From: Vitrella brassicaformis CCMP3155
Taxonomy: Eukaryota; Protista; Chromerida
Length of the DNA: 18,771 bases
NCBI GenBank assembly: GCA_001179505.1
Contig: CDMY01000806.1
Coordinates: 1 to 18,771, forward strand
Direction: 5' to 3'
Shown: positions 17,901 to 18,771 of the stretch, in pieces
How positions within the stretch are numbered: the stretch's first letter is position 1
Layout: every line of letters begins with the position of its first letter
The notes under the pieces: generated by a model
What the model saw: only the letters and a program-made list of their open reading frames with translations
Database searches by the model: none
What the model was told of the DNA's origin: nothing
Position numbers and translations under genes: made by a program

Positions 17901-18771
17901 TGAGAACCGATTTTCGATGTTGTCCGGAGATGTCGCAATGCACCAGTTGACGCTTGCGTGTCGCCCTTGTGCCTGGTTCATTGTGTGGATTCTCTGTTAT
18001 TTTGCCCTTCAGGCACCCAACGCATTTGCAGTCGGATGGAGGGATGTCGAACACAGGCAGTCCTTCACCGAGGTCTTTTCTGAGCAGATCCATGTCACGG
18101 CGATTGAGGTGTGCTAGTCGCTTGTGTTGCAGCCAGAAGGTTGGATCTCCCTCCTCGAGTGGAACAGGTATCTGCACATCAGACTGCACAGGAGATGCAA
18201 ACGGATCATGGCCAGTGTGTTGGTTTGTTTGTCCTGCAGGATGGCCATTGTGTGTTTGTGGATCGTTTGGCGTGTGTCGATCCGATTCGTCCGTCGAGCA
18301 AGAGGGACCAGCAGCGTCGGGCTGATCTGAAGCCTCCACAACACCAGCAGGTTGCCCTTGACTCAGCATATCCGCGGCAGACTGGTGAGAGTCTGGAATG
18401 CGTCCAAGGGTCGGTACATCGGTACTGAATCTCTTGCCGCACACATGAGAGACATGCAGTTTGTGTGGTTGCCAGAGATCAATCGTTCCTTTCTTTGTGT
18501 GTAGGAATCGTTGGTCTGCAGGCGGTTCCACGTGGGGAGCATTGCAGTGGCAACAAGTCACCTCAGCCCGCCCTGGGCTGTCGTGACCCCGACCTGGGGC
18601 ATCAGTACGACCAGCACCGAAACCTCTCGAGAATGTGAAGCCGAGAAAGGTAGAACCTGACCGGTCAGCACACCACTTCGAGAAATAGGAACGGCACTTG
18701 CTGACTGCATTCATGATGCCTGTCATTGACTTCCCATTCGTTTCTTCCTTCTCCTTACACACAGGGTAGGT
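14950..18771 (-). CDS. pol: Copia Pol polyprotein (5'-partial, at least 1273 aa): unknown Cys/His domain, integrase, RT, RNase H
   Basis: The frame is open to the window edge (TYPVCKEK...). Motifs include the integrase HHCC (HKRLAHLN...CVGCLKGK), DD35E (HCDISG / RCDGAKE / NGVAERM, 35 residues between D and E), the SH3-like LRVFGCVAY..IFVGY, RT (KARIVIKGYAQ, CDVDVAFLNS, KALYGLKEAPRAW, VVDDML) and RNase H (AYADSSHA, STTEAEY, VDNRGA, ADVLTK). Confidence 0.97.
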   Translation of the reverse strand, partial: TYPVCKEKEETNGKSMTGIMNAVSKCRSYFSKWCADRSGSTFLGFTFSRGFGAGRTDAPGRGHDSPGRAEVTCCHCNAPHVEPPADQRFLHTKKGTIDLWQPHKLHVSHVCGKRFSTDVPTLGRIPDSHQSAADMLSQGQPAGVVEASDQPDAAGPSCSTDESDRHTPNDPQTHNGHPAGQTNQHTGHDPFASPVQSDVQIPVPLEEGDPTFWLQHKRLAHLNRRDMDLLRKDLGEGLPVFDIPPSDCKCVGCLKGKITENPHNEPGTRATRKRQLVHCDISGQHRKSVLNGYQYFMVFVDDYTRRVSVIPLKRRSDAGTGLRRYIAEVGHIEELRCDGAKELAEGNLLHAAAQFGIAKSFSVPHVHEQNGVAERMIQTLNNTATSMLATANLPGGFWPWAVQTAAYVRNRCPCRSNEGNKTPYEMWKNFKPDLRKLRVFGCVAYPFVRKHERATKFSPKCDAAIFVGYHPQMKDGYLFWIPSKRQIKVTNTATFFEHMFNQQKGVNPYFLPVREGEGNGDTHGQDAHEAPDAQEAQDAQDQQPIDEDAFDAPPLPQVAPEGPLMQGADEHKLVQAPNPHESEQMDGQAHDEGMHKGQNDATDHEQEPGQEDDDLAVDVEGNSINKEPQGLRRSGRKRQWNTQIGRDFISAHADAESEPAKRSVLKERIWCLFGVVEDAVDTWTTQYARGPARKQRRKDKDMCFLSGKTNERVVAYVTDDDDGVYLFIGDEPRTHKEAMTCKDRKEWQKASDKEMTSMDEKGVYVYVPRSQATGKILPSKWVFTRKPDKFKARIVIKGYAQDPKEVTQTFSPTLSQVAIRVFLVLVLLADRSLYQCDVDVAFLNSPLDRPVFMNCPEGYEKPGMVWMLLKALYGLKEAPRAWHVTLVDYLRSIGFTQSSVEPCIFTHDERGLWVVVVVDDMLYAPAVGREADAEGFKQQLHGKFGIKDLGHPERFLGMNVTYDKQEGILALSQEKYVQKLIERFNMCDRRGEIPCQGAKTPLPSGVKLSKTMEPTTKEQHDHMSKVPYREAVGSLLYSAVTLRPDIAYAVKECAMYCNCAGKRHWEAIKHIIRYLRETAIRALTFRRPADKSVKILAYADSSHADLENGRSTGGYVIYLCGNPVIWRCKNQPIVAASTTEAEYIEASECAREIVHIQQLLQAFGTKSERTTILVDNRGAQSVSYNAEMSDRTKAIRVRYHLVREKVEAGEVEVGWIPSAENVADVLTKNLPAGKHTPVTEKLFSNPSHATQDFLLPRGTRMDVESDEESDMDT

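Larger units (their letters stand above)
14817..18771 (-). mobile_element. Ty1/copia LTR retrotransposon, 5' part outside the window
   Basis: The domain order integrase-RT-RNase H is diagnostic of Ty1/copia, and it is followed by a short 3' UTR, PPT and LTR. Confidence 0.97.

Noticed and set aside
14064-18428. Plus-strand ORFs antisense to pol (e.g. 15307-15858, 17266-17745)
   Set aside because: They are shadow ORFs of the GC-rich pol frame with no independent motifs.

Overview
Eukaryotic, repeat-rich draft sequence with short GT-AG introns and four placeholder gaps of exactly 300 N. No prokaryotic genes, RNA genes or CRISPR arrays are visible. The right third is a Ty1/copia LTR retrotransposon on the minus strand. 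Its pol frame is open from the window edge to 14950 (integrase, RT, RNase H) and is followed by a PPT and a 270-bp LTR, and its 3' end appears in three slightly different versions around gaps. The polyprotein has two odd features: an unidentified Cys/His-rich domain where the protease is expected, and VVDD instead of YVDD in RT. Two decayed CRE-like non-LTR retrotransposon pieces are present: an RT fragment (10502-11300, +) and a restriction-like endonuclease 3' end with a stem-loop and microsatellite (1686-2368, -). A roughly 60-bp satellite covers about 6.1-8.2 kb and explains most long ORFs there. One convincing host gene is a two-exon, 172-aa secreted protein (8224-8799, -) with a possible DUF3224/AOC-barrel-like motif. 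There are also decayed intron-containing gene relics, an inverted repeat pair, and a phased array of palindromes (5535-5634). The organism cannot be determined from the sequence alone; a protist is only a guess from composition.
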